NCBI GenBank assembly: GCA_965228895.1
Contig: OZ245842.1
Location: 448,001-512,000 of the forward strand
Source of the DNA: Alphaproteobacteria bacterium
GTDB taxonomy: Bacteria > Pseudomonadota > Alphaproteobacteria > SP197
Reading direction: 5' to 3'
DNA length: 64,000 nucleotides
The position numbers and the translations under genes are program-made. A model generated the notes under the pieces. It searched no databases and was not told the origin of the DNA. It worked only from the letters and a program-made list of their open reading frames with translations. Within the stretch, counting starts at the first letter, position 1. Each line of letters starts with the position of its first letter. Below, piece after piece: positions 9,178-18,567 of this stretch.

Positions 9178-10264
9178 GGCGCCCTCCCGTGTTGGTCAAG
9201 GCCAGGGCTGCTTGCGACTTGGCGTCGAACAACGAGAGCCTTGACGTCAGGAAGTCGAGACCCACGGTGTCGCCAATCCGGGCATCGACCGTGTTGGAGG
9301 CGCGTACGCGCACCCGACCAACATCGGTGTCGACGGCGACGATCTTGCGCGCGCCCGTGTACTCGACGCCGAACACCCGTCCGCGCAGCGCTGCCGAATC
9401 GCTGAGTACGATGTGTTCGGGGCGGGCGCCCAGAATGCCGCTGTCGTGATCCAGGCCGTGTTCAAGGACCGGAACGCTGACATCGGCGCCGGCGACCGAC
9501 ACCTTGTCGCTACCGGGCGCGACGGGTCCGCCAAAGGGCAGCATGTTCATCGGCGGATTGCCGATAAAGTCCGCGACGAAGACGGACGACGGCCGGTCAT
9601 AGACGTCGTTCGGTGTGCCGACCTGCAGGATCTCACCGCCGTTCATGACCGCGACATAGTCACCCATCGACATCGCCTCGACCTGGTCGTGGGTGACATA
9701 AACGGTGGTTGCGCCGATGCGGTCATGAAGCTGCCGCAGCTCCTGACACATGAGATCACGGAACTCGGTATCCAGCGTGCCCAGTGGCTCATCCATCAAA
9801 AATGCCTTGGGCCGGCGGACGATCGCGCGGCCGAGCGCGACCCGTTGACGGTCGCCGCCGGCCAGCTGGCTGGGGCGTGCCTTCAAGAGGTCTTCGATAC
9901 GCAGCAACCGCGCGACTTCCTTGATGCGCTCGGCAATCTCCCGGCGGCTGACGCCCTGCGACTTCAGCGGATAGGCAAGGTTGTTATAGACGTTGAGATG
10001 CGGATAGAGCGCAAAGAGCTGAAAGACAAACGCGATATCGCGCTGTGCGGCACGACGGAACGTTACGTCTTCATCACCCAGGACGATGCGCCCGGACGTC
10101 GGTATCTCAAGTCCGGCGATCATGCGCAGCGTTGTTGTCTTGCCGCAGCCGGACGGCCCGAGCAGCACAAAAAAGCTGCCGTCGGGAATCGTCATGGTCG
10201 AATCCTTGACCGCAACGAACGCGTCGAAGCGTTTGTGCAGGTTCTCGATGCGGATCTGGGCCAT
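9170..10264 (-). CDS. Carbohydrate ABC transporter ATP-binding protein
   Basis: Start MAQIRIE; GPSGCGKT, LAGGD, LMDEP, VTHDQ. Confidence 0.93.
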   Translation of the reverse strand: MAQIRIENLHKRFDAFVAVKDSTMTIPDGSFFVLLGPSGCGKTTTLRMIAGLEIPTSGRIVLGDEDVTFRRAAQRDIAFVFQLFALYPHLNVYNNLAYPLKSQGVSRREIAERIKEVARLLRIEDLLKARPSQLAGGDRQRVALGRAIVRRPKAFLMDEPLGTLDTEFRDLMCQELRQLHDRIGATTVYVTHDQVEAMSMGDYVAVMNGGEILQVGTPNDVYDRPSSVFVADFIGNPPMNMLPFGGPVAPGSDKVSVAGADVSVPVLEHGLDHDSGILGARPEHIVLSDSAALRGRVFGVEYTGARKIVAVDTDVGRVRVRASNTVDARIGDTVGLDFLTSRLSLFDAKSQAALALTNTGGRHG

Positions 10265-10266
10265 CG

Positions 10267-10467
10267 TCAATCCTTGAAGTGGCTGACGATGACGAAACCC
10301 AGCGTGCCGGTGAGGATGACACCGAAGGAATAGCTGTAGGCCCACATTGAGAACGGTTGCATCAGCATGATGACGCCGGCGGCGATCAATGTCGTTGCCG
10401 CGGCTTCCCATGGTCCGCGTCGGAACAGGCGCCGCGGCCGCGTCTTGTTGGCGTCGCGCCCGCTCAT
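10267..10467 (-). CDS. Small two-helix membrane protein within the ABC operon (66 aa)
   Basis: ATG overlaps permease stop; stop 2 bp before ATPase start; two hydrophobic segments. Confidence 0.75.
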   Translation of the reverse strand: MSGRDANKTRPRRLFRRGPWEAAATTLIAAGVIMLMQPFSMWAYSYSFGVILTGTLGFVIVSHFKD

Positions 10468-11420
10468 TTGCGCACCGCGCCAAAGGTAATGCCGCGCAGC
10501 AGGTGCCGGCGCATGAGGACGGTGAAGAAGACGATCGGCAGCAGGAAGAGCGTCGTGCCCGCGCCGACGGCGGGCCAATCAAGGCCGCCCTCGCCAATGA
10601 TCGTGGGAATGAAGGGCGGCGCCGTTTGCGCCTCGCCGCTGGTCAGCAGCAGCGCAAATGCATACTCGTTCCAGGCGAAGATAAGACAGAAGATCGCCGT
10701 CGCCGCGATGCCCGTCGTCGCCTGGGGCAGAACGATCTTGATAAAGGCCTGGAATCGGCTGTAGCCGTCGATCATGGCGGCTTCCTCGTATTCGGGCGGG
10801 ATCTCGTCAATGAAGCCTTTCAGGAGCCAGACCGCGAGGCTGACGTTGACGGCCGTATAGAGCAAGATCATGCCGAGATGAGTGTCGTTCAGGCCAAGCT
10901 CTCGGTACATCAAGAAGATCGGCACGGCGACGGCAATCGGCGGCATCATGCGTGTCGACAGGATGAAGAACATCAGGTCGTCCTTTAGCGGCACCCGAAA
11001 GCGCGAGAAGCCATAAGCCGCGAGCGTGCCGAGGAAGACGGCAAGGAAAGTCGAGCCAAAGCCGATGATGACGGAGTTGGTGTAACGCTCGGCGAAACGC
11101 GACGGCCCGGTGATCACCATGTTGCGGCTGCGCACCAGTTCCTCATACCAGCTCGACGGCGGCGGCAGGCTTTCCATGTACTCCGGCGTTTGGCGCGACC
11201 GTGTCGTGAAGAGGTTTACGTAGCCTTCCAGCGACGGGTTGAACGTTACTTCCGGCGGGTAGGCGATGGCGTCGGGCGGCGTCTTGAACCCCGTCATCAA
11301 GATCCAGACGAGCGGCACCAAGGCGATAAGGGCATAGGCCGCGACCAAGACACCTGCAACGGTGCGCGACAGGGGGCTGGGTTCGACGACCGAATGTGAC
11401 GTCGAGGCAAAGCGGCTCAT
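10464..11420 (-). CDS. Carbohydrate ABC permease (MalG-like)
   Basis: EEAAMIDG and FAWNEY motifs. Confidence 0.93.
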   Translation of the reverse strand: MSRFASTSHSVVEPSPLSRTVAGVLVAAYALIALVPLVWILMTGFKTPPDAIAYPPEVTFNPSLEGYVNLFTTRSRQTPEYMESLPPPSSWYEELVRSRNMVITGPSRFAERYTNSVIIGFGSTFLAVFLGTLAAYGFSRFRVPLKDDLMFFILSTRMMPPIAVAVPIFLMYRELGLNDTHLGMILLYTAVNVSLAVWLLKGFIDEIPPEYEEAAMIDGYSRFQAFIKIVLPQATTGIAATAIFCLIFAWNEYAFALLLTSGEAQTAPPFIPTIIGEGGLDWPAVGAGTTLFLLPIVFFTVLMRRHLLRGITFGAVRK

Positions 11421-12373
11421 CGCTGTTTCACCCGGTTAAGGAACTTGACGTAGAGATTGCCGGCCCCGAACACCGTGACAAACAGGATGATGGCAAAGGC
11501 CGAGCTATAGCCGGTTCGCCATTTCTCGAAGGCTTCTCGCTTCAGGTTGATCGACGCCAGTTCCGTCACCGACCCGGGCCCGCCCGACGTCAGCTCCACG
11601 ACGAGGTCGAACATCTTGAAGTTCTCAATGCCCCGGAACAAGACGGCAAGCATCAAGAAGGGCAGGACCATCGGTACGGTGATGGTCCAGAACTGACGCC
11701 AACGCGAGGCCCGGTCGACCTCAGCCGCTTCATAGATATAGTCGGGGATCGACCGCAACCCGGCCAGGCAGATCAGCATCACGTAAGGCGTCCACATCCA
11801 GGTGTCGACCAGAACGATGGCCCAGGGCGCCAGGTTGACATCGCCGATCATGGTGAAGCTGCCGGCGTCGATGAAGAAATTGACGATGTAGTTAAAGATG
11901 CCGGACTGGGGCTGGAAGATATAGGTCCAGAAAACGCCAACGACCGCAGGCGACAGCATCATCGGAAGCAGGATCAGCGTCGTCCAGGTTGCATGACCCT
12001 TGAAGCGGCGGTTGATCAACAGAGCGAGGCCGAATCCGAGGACCACCTGACAGACCATGGTCCAGGTAACGAAGTGCGCGGTCGCCTGCATGTAGCCCCA
12101 GACGTCCTCGCTGCCGAGCAGCCTTTCGTAGTTGCGAAAGCCGACCCACTCGATCTCGCGGCCCGGCTGGTTCGCCCGGTAGTTGGTGAAACTGAGGTAG
12201 ATCGCCCACAGCAGCGGAAAGATGTTGATCGCCAGAAGCAGGCCGATGGTCGGCAGAATAAAAACCCAGGCCAGGGCCCTGTCGCCCATCCCACGCACAC
12301 GGATGCCACGCCCGGGAAGCGTTGCTGTCGCTGCTGTTGTGGTCGTGCTCTGGGACATGTGGGATTGAGCCAT
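11417..12373 (-). CDS. Carbohydrate ABC permease (MalF-like)
   Basis: YEAAEVDRAS, FKMFD, TSGGPG. Confidence 0.93.
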   Translation of the reverse strand: MAQSHMSQSTTTTAATATLPGRGIRVRGMGDRALAWVFILPTIGLLLAINIFPLLWAIYLSFTNYRANQPGREIEWVGFRNYERLLGSEDVWGYMQATAHFVTWTMVCQVVLGFGLALLINRRFKGHATWTTLILLPMMLSPAVVGVFWTYIFQPQSGIFNYIVNFFIDAGSFTMIGDVNLAPWAIVLVDTWMWTPYVMLICLAGLRSIPDYIYEAAEVDRASRWRQFWTITVPMVLPFLMLAVLFRGIENFKMFDLVVELTSGGPGSVTELASINLKREAFEKWRTGYSSAFAIILFVTVFGAGNLYVKFLNRVKQR

Positions 12374-12399
12374 CTGCTGGCTTGGATACTAAAGGGATC

Positions 12400-12443
12400 A
12401 AAAAAATATGGTCGACCGGACCGGAGACGTGGTCCGGCCGACC
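12400..12443 (-). terminator. Hairpin plus U-tract after the SBP gene (attenuator or stabiliser)
   Basis: 13-bp stem 12410-12422/12431-12443 with one G-U pair, followed by ATATTTTTTT on minus strand. Confidence 0.6.
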
Positions 12444-12466
12444 AGGTTGGTTGCGACGGCGGGAGA

Positions 12467-13792
12467 CTAAATCTTACCGTCGTCTTCGAACACTTCGGTC
12501 CAGTCATCAACGAGCTTGTCGAGCGCTTCCTGGGCCGTACCTTGATCGGCCACGACATAGTCGTGAACCCGCTTCTGCATGGATTGCAGCAATTCGGCGT
12601 ATGTTGGTTCTTGCCAGAAATCCTGTACGCTACTCATGGCCACCAGGAAGTCGGAAGCGAACGGCGCGCTGCCGGCAAAGCTGGGGTCTTCGAGCACCGA
12701 CAGACGGCATGAGTAACCGCCAAGGGACCACCACTTCTGCTGCACTTCCGGCTTGGCAAACCACTTGATGTACTCAAGCGCCATGTCCTGTTTGTCGGAA
12801 TAGGCGACGACGGAGATCCCCTGTCCGCCGAGCGTTGACGCCTCGACGTTCTGGGCGGGATTGACGAAGAAACCCGACTTGTCACCGCCGACATCTTCGT
12901 CCTTGGCGATACCGGGGAAGAAAGCGAACCAATTCATCTGCATCGCCACCTGGCCGGACTTGTAGGCGTCCAGATTGGCAACCATGTAGGCGTCGGAATG
13001 CCCCGGAGGTGTGCAGCACTCATAGAGTTCCTTGTAGAACGACAGGGCTTCGACAGCGGCCGGGCCATTGACATAACCGCCCATATCATAGGGCCGCTCG
13101 GGATTGTCGTACTCCATGCCCCAGGCATACATCGCCGACGTCACGCCCATGGTAATGCCTTCGGAACCGCGTTCGGTGTAAAGACCCATGCCGTAGACGG
13201 TCTTGCCGTCGATCTCGCGGCCCTGGAAGAACTTGCCGATATCCATCAGCTGGTTCCAGTTCGCCGGCGGCGCGAGGTCATAGCCATACTCGCTCTTGAA
13301 GGCTTCCTGAAGCTCGGGCCGCTCGAACCAGTCCTTGCGGTAGACCCAGCCCAGCGCGTCGCCCATGGCCGGCAGCGCCCAATAGCTCGGCTCGCCCTTT
13401 GGCCATGTCGAATAGGCGTACACCGTGGCCGGCAGGAAGTCGTCCATCGAGATATCGTTCTCGACAAAGAAATCGGTGAGCTCGATGTAGTGACCATAGG
13501 TGGCCGAACCGCCGAGCCACTGGCTGTCACCAATCAACAGATCGCAGAGCTTACCGCCCGAGTTCAATTCGTTCAGAAAGCGATCCGCGAAGTTCGTCCA
13601 CGGAACAAACTCGAACTTCATGGCGATGCCCGACTCGGCCGTAAAGTCTTTCGACAGTTCAGCCAGCGCGTTGGCCGGATCCCAGGCCGCCCAACATAAC
13701 GTCAGTTCTTGATCCTGTGCCTGGGCCGTCGTGCCGCCCATGAGACCGGCCGCGACCGCGGCGGCAGCACAGATTTGTGCCAGTTTTCGCAT
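12467..13792 (-). CDS. Sugar/polyol ABC substrate-binding protein
   Basis: Signal peptide MRKLAQ...AQA; GGAGG RBS; CUT1-type size and motifs; first gene of operon. Confidence 0.9.
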   Translation of the reverse strand: MRKLAQICAAAAVAAGLMGGTTAQAQDQELTLCWAAWDPANALAELSKDFTAESGIAMKFEFVPWTNFADRFLNELNSGGKLCDLLIGDSQWLGGSATYGHYIELTDFFVENDISMDDFLPATVYAYSTWPKGEPSYWALPAMGDALGWVYRKDWFERPELQEAFKSEYGYDLAPPANWNQLMDIGKFFQGREIDGKTVYGMGLYTERGSEGITMGVTSAMYAWGMEYDNPERPYDMGGYVNGPAAVEALSFYKELYECCTPPGHSDAYMVANLDAYKSGQVAMQMNWFAFFPGIAKDEDVGGDKSGFFVNPAQNVEASTLGGQGISVVAYSDKQDMALEYIKWFAKPEVQQKWWSLGGYSCRLSVLEDPSFAGSAPFASDFLVAMSSVQDFWQEPTYAELLQSMQKRVHDYVVADQGTAQEALDKLVDDWTEVFEDDGKI

Positions 13793-13887
13793 TGCTTCAC
13801 CTCCCAAATTCTGAGTTCGCGTTGCGTCGATGTTGGTGCCGACCGACAGCCGGTCGGATAAGACCACCCCACGTATTCTTGCTCTTG

Positions 13888-13926
13888 GTTTAGTTTATTG
13901 TTTTGACTAAACTAAACTTCTGTCAA
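13888..13926 (-). promoter_or_regulatory. Promoter/operator of the ABC-dha operon
   Basis: TTGACA on minus strand (13921-13926); perfect inverted repeat GTTTAGTTTA-N10-TAAACTAAAC at 13888-13917. Confidence 0.65.
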
Positions 13927-14010
13927 GCGCGATCTATCTGCTGCAGCGCACCAAATCGATGTTGCAGCGCAACAAACCGAGCGAATCAAAGCAACGTGGA
14001 GGACGTCGTG

Positions 14011-15291
14011 ATGTCGGGAACATTCATTCATAACGCCAGGATCATTGATGCCAGCGGCGACGAGCCGTTCTTGGGATCGGTCCAGATCCGCGGCAACCGT
14101 ATCGCCGCGATCCACCACGGCATCGAAGGCAAAGCCGGCGCCGGCGACAAGTCAATCGACGCCGGTGGCGCCACACTGATGCCCGGCCTGATCGAGGCGC
14201 ACGCGCATATCTCGTTCTGCGATACACCGACCCTGGAAGACCTCGGCGACATCCCGCCGGAAGAGCACACGCTCGAGACCATGAAGTTCGCGCGCAAGAT
14301 GCTGGATCAGGGTTTCACTTCGTTGTTCAGCGCGGCGGCGGCCAAACCCCGCCTGGATGTCGTCATCCGCAATGCGATCGAAGCCGGTGACATTCCGGGG
14401 CCGCGCATGCGTGCGGCCAGCCCTGAGCTGACGGTCACCGGCGGGCTGGGTGATGTCAGGCGCCGTCACATTCATCGCGAGACCTTCGCGATCTGCTGCG
14501 ACGGCGTCGACGAGTTTCGCCGCACCGCGCGCGAGATGTGCCGCGAGGGCGTCGATACCTTGAAGATCAATCCGTCGGGCGACGAGTTCATCCCGTTCGC
14601 CCGGGCGCACTTGACCGTCATGAACGAAGACGAGATCGCCGCCGTGTGCGAGGTCGGCAAGTCGCGCGGCAAAATGGTCGCGGTCCACGCCCGGTCGGCG
14701 CTCAGCGTCAAGCTTTGCCTGAAGCACGGCGCCGATGTGATTTACCACGCCAGCCTCAGTGACGACGAAGCGCTCGATATGCTGGAAGCACATAAGGACG
14801 AGATCTTCGTCGCCCCAGCAATGGGCATTATGTTCGCGACGTCGCAGGGTGAGGGCGCGGCCTGGGGGCTGACCAAGGACAGCGACGTCGCCATGCATTT
14901 CGCCCGCGAACTCGAGCGCTGCGTCGAGAACATGAAAGAACTCGCCAAGCGCGGCGTGCGCATCCTGCCGGGCGGCGATTACGGCTTTGCCTGGAACCCC
15001 ATCGGCACCAATGCCCGCGATCTCGAACACTTCGTCAACCTGCTCGACTTTACACCGATGCAGGCGATCCAGTCATGCTGTGCCCATGGCGGCGCGTTGA
15101 TGGGATTGCCTGGAGAGCTGGGCCAGATTCGCGAGAGCTGGCTCGCCGATCTCGTCCTGATTGACGGCGATCCGCTGAAGGACATCCGGCTTCTACAGGA
15201 CGCCGACAAGTTCTTGGGCATCATGAAGGACGGGAAGTTCCACAAAGATCCCTCGATCGCCGCGACACGGTCCACTGAGGTCGCCGCATAG
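14011..15291 (+). CDS. Amidohydrolase superfamily protein (Xaa-Pro dipeptidase-like)
   Basis: MPGLIEAHAH, carbamylation-site K (TLKI), AVHA, IYHA, GGDYG, ADLVLIDGDP; GGAGG RBS. Confidence 0.9.
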   Translation: MSGTFIHNARIIDASGDEPFLGSVQIRGNRIAAIHHGIEGKAGAGDKSIDAGGATLMPGLIEAHAHISFCDTPTLEDLGDIPPEEHTLETMKFARKMLDQGFTSLFSAAAAKPRLDVVIRNAIEAGDIPGPRMRAASPELTVTGGLGDVRRRHIHRETFAICCDGVDEFRRTAREMCREGVDTLKINPSGDEFIPFARAHLTVMNEDEIAAVCEVGKSRGKMVAVHARSALSVKLCLKHGADVIYHASLSDDEALDMLEAHKDEIFVAPAMGIMFATSQGEGAAWGLTKDSDVAMHFARELERCVENMKELAKRGVRILPGGDYGFAWNPIGTNARDLEHFVNLLDFTPMQAIQSCCAHGGALMGLPGELGQIRESWLADLVLIDGDPLKDIRLLQDADKFLGIMKDGKFHKDPSIAATRSTEVAA

Positions 15292-15367
15292 CGTCGCACC
15301 AACGGGCAACGCCGATCGATGACTAGGCTGGGCCGTTACGCTTTCTCGAGCCAATGCGTCCGGCCCG

Positions 15368-15536
15368 TTCCCTGTTCATACGCGTAGGGAAGTTGTTTCT
15401 AAGTCACCGGTTCGGGTCAGTTATGTGGTAGCTCAGCGTGTGAAGAGTGACTGATCTGGCAGAAGTTCCCTGCATTCTCCCTGTTAACAGCGAAGTTCGG
15501 CAGAGACGGGTTCGCAGCAGACTGCCCGCACCACCA
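15368..15536 (+). repeat. Boundary element copy 2
   Basis: TTCCCTGTT...GCGTAGGGAA (15368-15391), TCCCTGTTAACAGCGAA, 34-bp core identical to copy 1. Confidence 0.85.
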
Positions 15537-15563
15537 CTTGCTAGAATGCAGATTATGACGCCG
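15536..15563 (-). other. dif-like site 2 (degenerate)
   Basis: Plus strand ACTTGCTAGAA-TGCAGA-TTATGACGCCG, same offset from CCA as site 1 and near-identical spacer. Confidence 0.5.
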
Positions 15564-15729
15564 ACAAGGCGTCTGCTTCATAGCTGGAAGCGGACATCCT
15601 GGGTTACTAGCGTTCAGATCCACTATTAACCCGAAGCGGCCATAAGTCAGGGGCCGGAACGATCGTCAAGGCGAGAGGCGCACCCATCTTCGATACGTAG
15701 AGGGAAGCAGGTTCGCTTGGCATGATCCT

Positions 15730-16266
15730 TCACTCCTCAACCCGGTTGTCGGGTGCAACTTTCGATGACGAAAATGACCAGCAGAAACTAATGACGACGC
15801 CGCAGGTAATCGCAGCATCGGCCAGATTAAAGGCTGGCCAGTGATACGTTCCAATGTAGAAATCCAAAAAGTCAGTTACGGCGCCATCCCAAATCCGATC
15901 CAACAGGTTACTGATCGCGCCGCCGAAGATGCAGGTGAGACCAAGTGCGAGCAGGGAACTCGATGTACGCCAAAGCCACGTGCCAACGAGTACGATCAGC
16001 ATTAGAGCAACCACGCCGAGGGCATAGGGCATAAGCGAGTGCTCAGTGCTCAGGAAGCCAAAACTGACGCCCCGATTGTAGTGCAGTACGAGATTGAAGA
16101 ATGTCGTGACCGCTATAGGCTGTGCAGAATCTTGTACGGTGCCTTCAGCGAACCACTTGGTGCCCAGATCGACCGCAACGATTCCAGCACTTAACGAGCC
16201 AGCCATCGTGAGACGCCGAAGCGTGCGGCGTCTTCCGAACCATGACGTGTGCACAACCGTCTTCAA
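15730..16266 (-). CDS. lspA: Lipoprotein signal peptidase II
   Basis: DLGTK, NRGVSFG, GAISNLLDR, VTDF, FNLAD; start codon uncertain. Confidence 0.92.
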   Translation of the reverse strand: MKTVVHTSWFGRRRTLRRLTMAGSLSAGIVAVDLGTKWFAEGTVQDSAQPIAVTTFFNLVLHYNRGVSFGFLSTEHSLMPYALGVVALMLIVLVGTWLWRTSSSLLALGLTCIFGGAISNLLDRIWDGAVTDFLDFYIGTYHWPAFNLADAAITCGVVISFCWSFSSSKVAPDNRVEE

Positions 16267-16275
16267 CGAAGACCG

Positions 16276-16614
16276 TTAATCACCGATCACCCGCCGCCGC
16301 TCCTCGAACTCGGCCTTGTCAATCTCACCGCGTGCATACCGCTCCTTCAGAACATCAAGGGCCGTCCTGCCCTGCGGGACATGCGGTGTGCCGCTGTGAC
16401 CAGCGCCACCGAGAAAGCGTACGATCAAGACGATCACGGCAACCGCCACGACCAAGATGATGATCATCATGAATGGACCCATGAACCATCCCGACCATCC
16501 GCCATGCCACATGTCCGGTCCATAAGGGCTGTTCTGGACCTGTTGTGACAGTGCGGGAGAGGTAACAAAGACAAAGCCAAGCACTGTGATAACCAAACGG
16601 ATTGGCGTTTTCAT
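16276..16614 (-). CDS. SHOCT-domain membrane protein
   Basis: Signal peptide, G/W/M-rich segment, TM helix, ALDVLKERYARGEIDKAEFEERR. Confidence 0.85.
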   Translation of the reverse strand: MKTPIRLVITVLGFVFVTSPALSQQVQNSPYGPDMWHGGWSGWFMGPFMMIIILVVAVAVIVLIVRFLGGAGHSGTPHVPQGRTALDVLKERYARGEIDKAEFEERRRVIGD

Positions 16615-16625
16615 TGGTGCAATCC

Positions 16626-17213
16626 TCATTGTTTCGTCGATTCACTGGGAGACCCGGCACGCATGTAGGTAACGATCGTCCAAATCTCGTCTGTGGTAAG
16701 ACCGTATTTGAACGCGGGCATGTCTGTTCCGAGCGCCTCACCACCACTAGAAATTGACCACAAGAGATACTCGTCAACAGCCATTGGCATTTGGATCATG
16801 TAGGCGAGCAGGGCCGGAGACGGGTTAAGTGAACGACCCGCTTCACCATCACCCATGCCCGATGCTCCATGACAGGAAGCGCAGTTCTCCGCATAGAGGG
16901 TGCGACCTGCATTGATCGTCATGGCATCCGGTGAAAGGGGGTTGCGGGCTTCACGATACTCAGCTGGGATGCCTTGATGCATGAAGGTCCAATGGCGCTC
17001 CATCCTCTGGTTCATGCCGGGACCCATCTGATCGGGCCCCCACATATCGCGCTGCATCCAAAAGGGGTCCCACATGTCCGAACAGCACGGGGGTGTTTGA
17101 GTGTCGGATGACTGAGCGGTGGCCTCGCTGAGATCAAATGGGGCAGCGACTGCAACAGCAAACGCAAGAACGCCGATTAAGACAAAACTAGATCTTGTTC
17201 TTCCTGCTTTCAT
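16626..17213 (-). CDS. Monoheme cytochrome c with Met/Trp-rich N-terminus
   Basis: Signal peptide, CASCH, MPAF. Confidence 0.88.
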   Translation of the reverse strand: MKAGRTRSSFVLIGVLAFAVAVAAPFDLSEATAQSSDTQTPPCCSDMWDPFWMQRDMWGPDQMGPGMNQRMERHWTFMHQGIPAEYREARNPLSPDAMTINAGRTLYAENCASCHGASGMGDGEAGRSLNPSPALLAYMIQMPMAVDEYLLWSISSGGEALGTDMPAFKYGLTTDEIWTIVTYMRAGSPSESTKQ

Positions 17214-17233
17214 GGCCTCACTCCCGTAGTCGT

Positions 17234-17866
17234 CTACTCCGCCGGAACTTCATTGGCATGGCGCAACTCAAAGCGCGCATGGCGGACGATCTGGACGGAA
17301 GACCACAGGAACAAGCTCGCCATGATGCCGGCAACTGTCAGATCCGGCCACGCGGTATTGGTTACCCACACGCCACTTGCCGCAAGAACGACGGCCACGT
17401 TGCCGATGGCGTCATTGCGACTGCAAAGCCAGACGGAGCGAACATTAGAGTCGCCGTTCCGAAACTTGAGTAAGAGCAGGACACTGGTGAGATTGGCCGC
17501 TAATGCCAGGAATCCAACAACACCCATCACCTCTGCCTTCGGAAGGTCGAGAACAGCAACGTGATAGATCGTTGAACCCAACACCCACAGGCCCATTGCG
17601 CCAAGGGTTAGTCCCTTGAAGAGCGCAGCGCGGGCACGCCACACAAGCGGCATGCCAATGACAAACAGCGTAATTGCATAGGTCGCGGTGTCGCCCAGGA
17701 AGTCGAGTGCATCGGCCTTGAGGGCCTGCGAACCCGCGAAGACGCCCGCAGCAATCTCGGCCGCAAACATCGTCCCGTTAATGGCGATGACCACCCAGAG
17801 CACACGTTTGTACGACGCTGAGAGGCCGTCAAAACCCAATTCTTCACCGCAGCCGCAACCGGCCAT
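17234..17866 (-). CDS. CDF-related cation (Cd/Zn/Co/Pb) efflux transporter lacking the C-terminal domain
   Basis: N-terminal CGC, SQALKADALDFLGD, SVWLCSRNDAIGN, WPD; six TM. Confidence 0.85.
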   Translation of the reverse strand: MAGCGCGEELGFDGLSASYKRVLWVVIAINGTMFAAEIAAGVFAGSQALKADALDFLGDTATYAITLFVIGMPLVWRARAALFKGLTLGAMGLWVLGSTIYHVAVLDLPKAEVMGVVGFLALAANLTSVLLLLKFRNGDSNVRSVWLCSRNDAIGNVAVVLAASGVWVTNTAWPDLTVAGIMASLFLWSSVQIVRHARFELRHANEVPAE

Positions 17867-17917
17867 ACTGCCAGAATCCTTCTTGCCGTTTCGGAACCTT
17901 GTGTATCCGTCGTCAGC

Positions 17918-17948
17918 AATCTACGATCTATAGTAACTAGAGATTCAA
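17918..17948 (-). promoter_or_regulatory. MerR-type promoter for the cation transporter operon
   Basis: TTGAAT-19 bp-TAGATT containing dyad ATCTCTAGT-T-ACTATAGAT. Confidence 0.8.
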
Positions 17949-17959
17949 GGCATAATTCG

Positions 17960-18412
17960 ATGGCAGCGACAGAGTTCACAATCGGCCACCTCGCCAGAGA
18001 AACTGGCTGTAAGGTCGCCACAATCCGTTACTACGAACAGATCGGTCTCATGCCAGCGCCCGGACGTTCGCCTGGCAATACACGGCTCTACGGCTCCGCT
18101 CACCTGGCCCGGCTCAACTTCGTTCAACACTGTCGGGATCTCGGGTTTTCGCAGGCCGTTATTCGAGAGCTCTTGGAGCTAACGGAACATCCAGACAGGT
18201 CCTGCGAGGCCGTCACCGAGATCGCTCAGACGCATCTCAACTCCGTGAACCAACGTATTGCCCGACTCGCGGCACTGAAAGGCGAACTTGAGCGCATGAT
18301 CAAGGCCTGCCGTGGAGGGCGAGTGGAGCATTGCCAGATCGTCGAGGCCCTGGCGGATAACTCACCGCTACGCGATCCTGCAGAAAATCAAGGAACGTCT
18401 CAGGCACACTGA
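17960..18412 (+). CDS. MerR family regulator (CadR/PbrR-like)
   Basis: TIGHLA...TIRYYEQIGL; three Cys (SCE, AC, HC); divergent from transporter. Confidence 0.9.
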   Translation: MAATEFTIGHLARETGCKVATIRYYEQIGLMPAPGRSPGNTRLYGSAHLARLNFVQHCRDLGFSQAVIRELLELTEHPDRSCEAVTEIAQTHLNSVNQRIARLAALKGELERMIKACRGGRVEHCQIVEALADNSPLRDPAENQGTSQAH

Positions 18413-18539
18413 GTCGGCTCACGGCCAAAAGCGAACATCTACGGAGCTAGGAACGACGTCGGCGTCAACGCTCAAAGCGGAAATCTCAGCGGTCGGATTT
18501 ACGACGACGCATTGTGAAAGAACACCGTAGCAATCCTGT

Positions 18540-18567
18540 GTTTCCCATAATGCAGATCACGCGACCA
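18540..18567 (-). other. dif-like site 3
   Basis: Minus strand TGGTCGCGTGA-TCTGCA-TTATGGGAAAC; spacer identical to site 2. Confidence 0.6.

Noticed and set aside
205-13699. Long antisense ORFs (205-1347, 5648-6805, 8329-9405, 9413-10333, 11396-12712, 12998-13699)
   Set aside because: Shadow frames of well-supported genes in GC-rich DNA; no motifs
15421-15431. Other TTATG-containing dif candidates (15421, 33448, 54821)
   Set aside because: No CATAA-like partner arm at 6-bp spacing and no GCAG spacer
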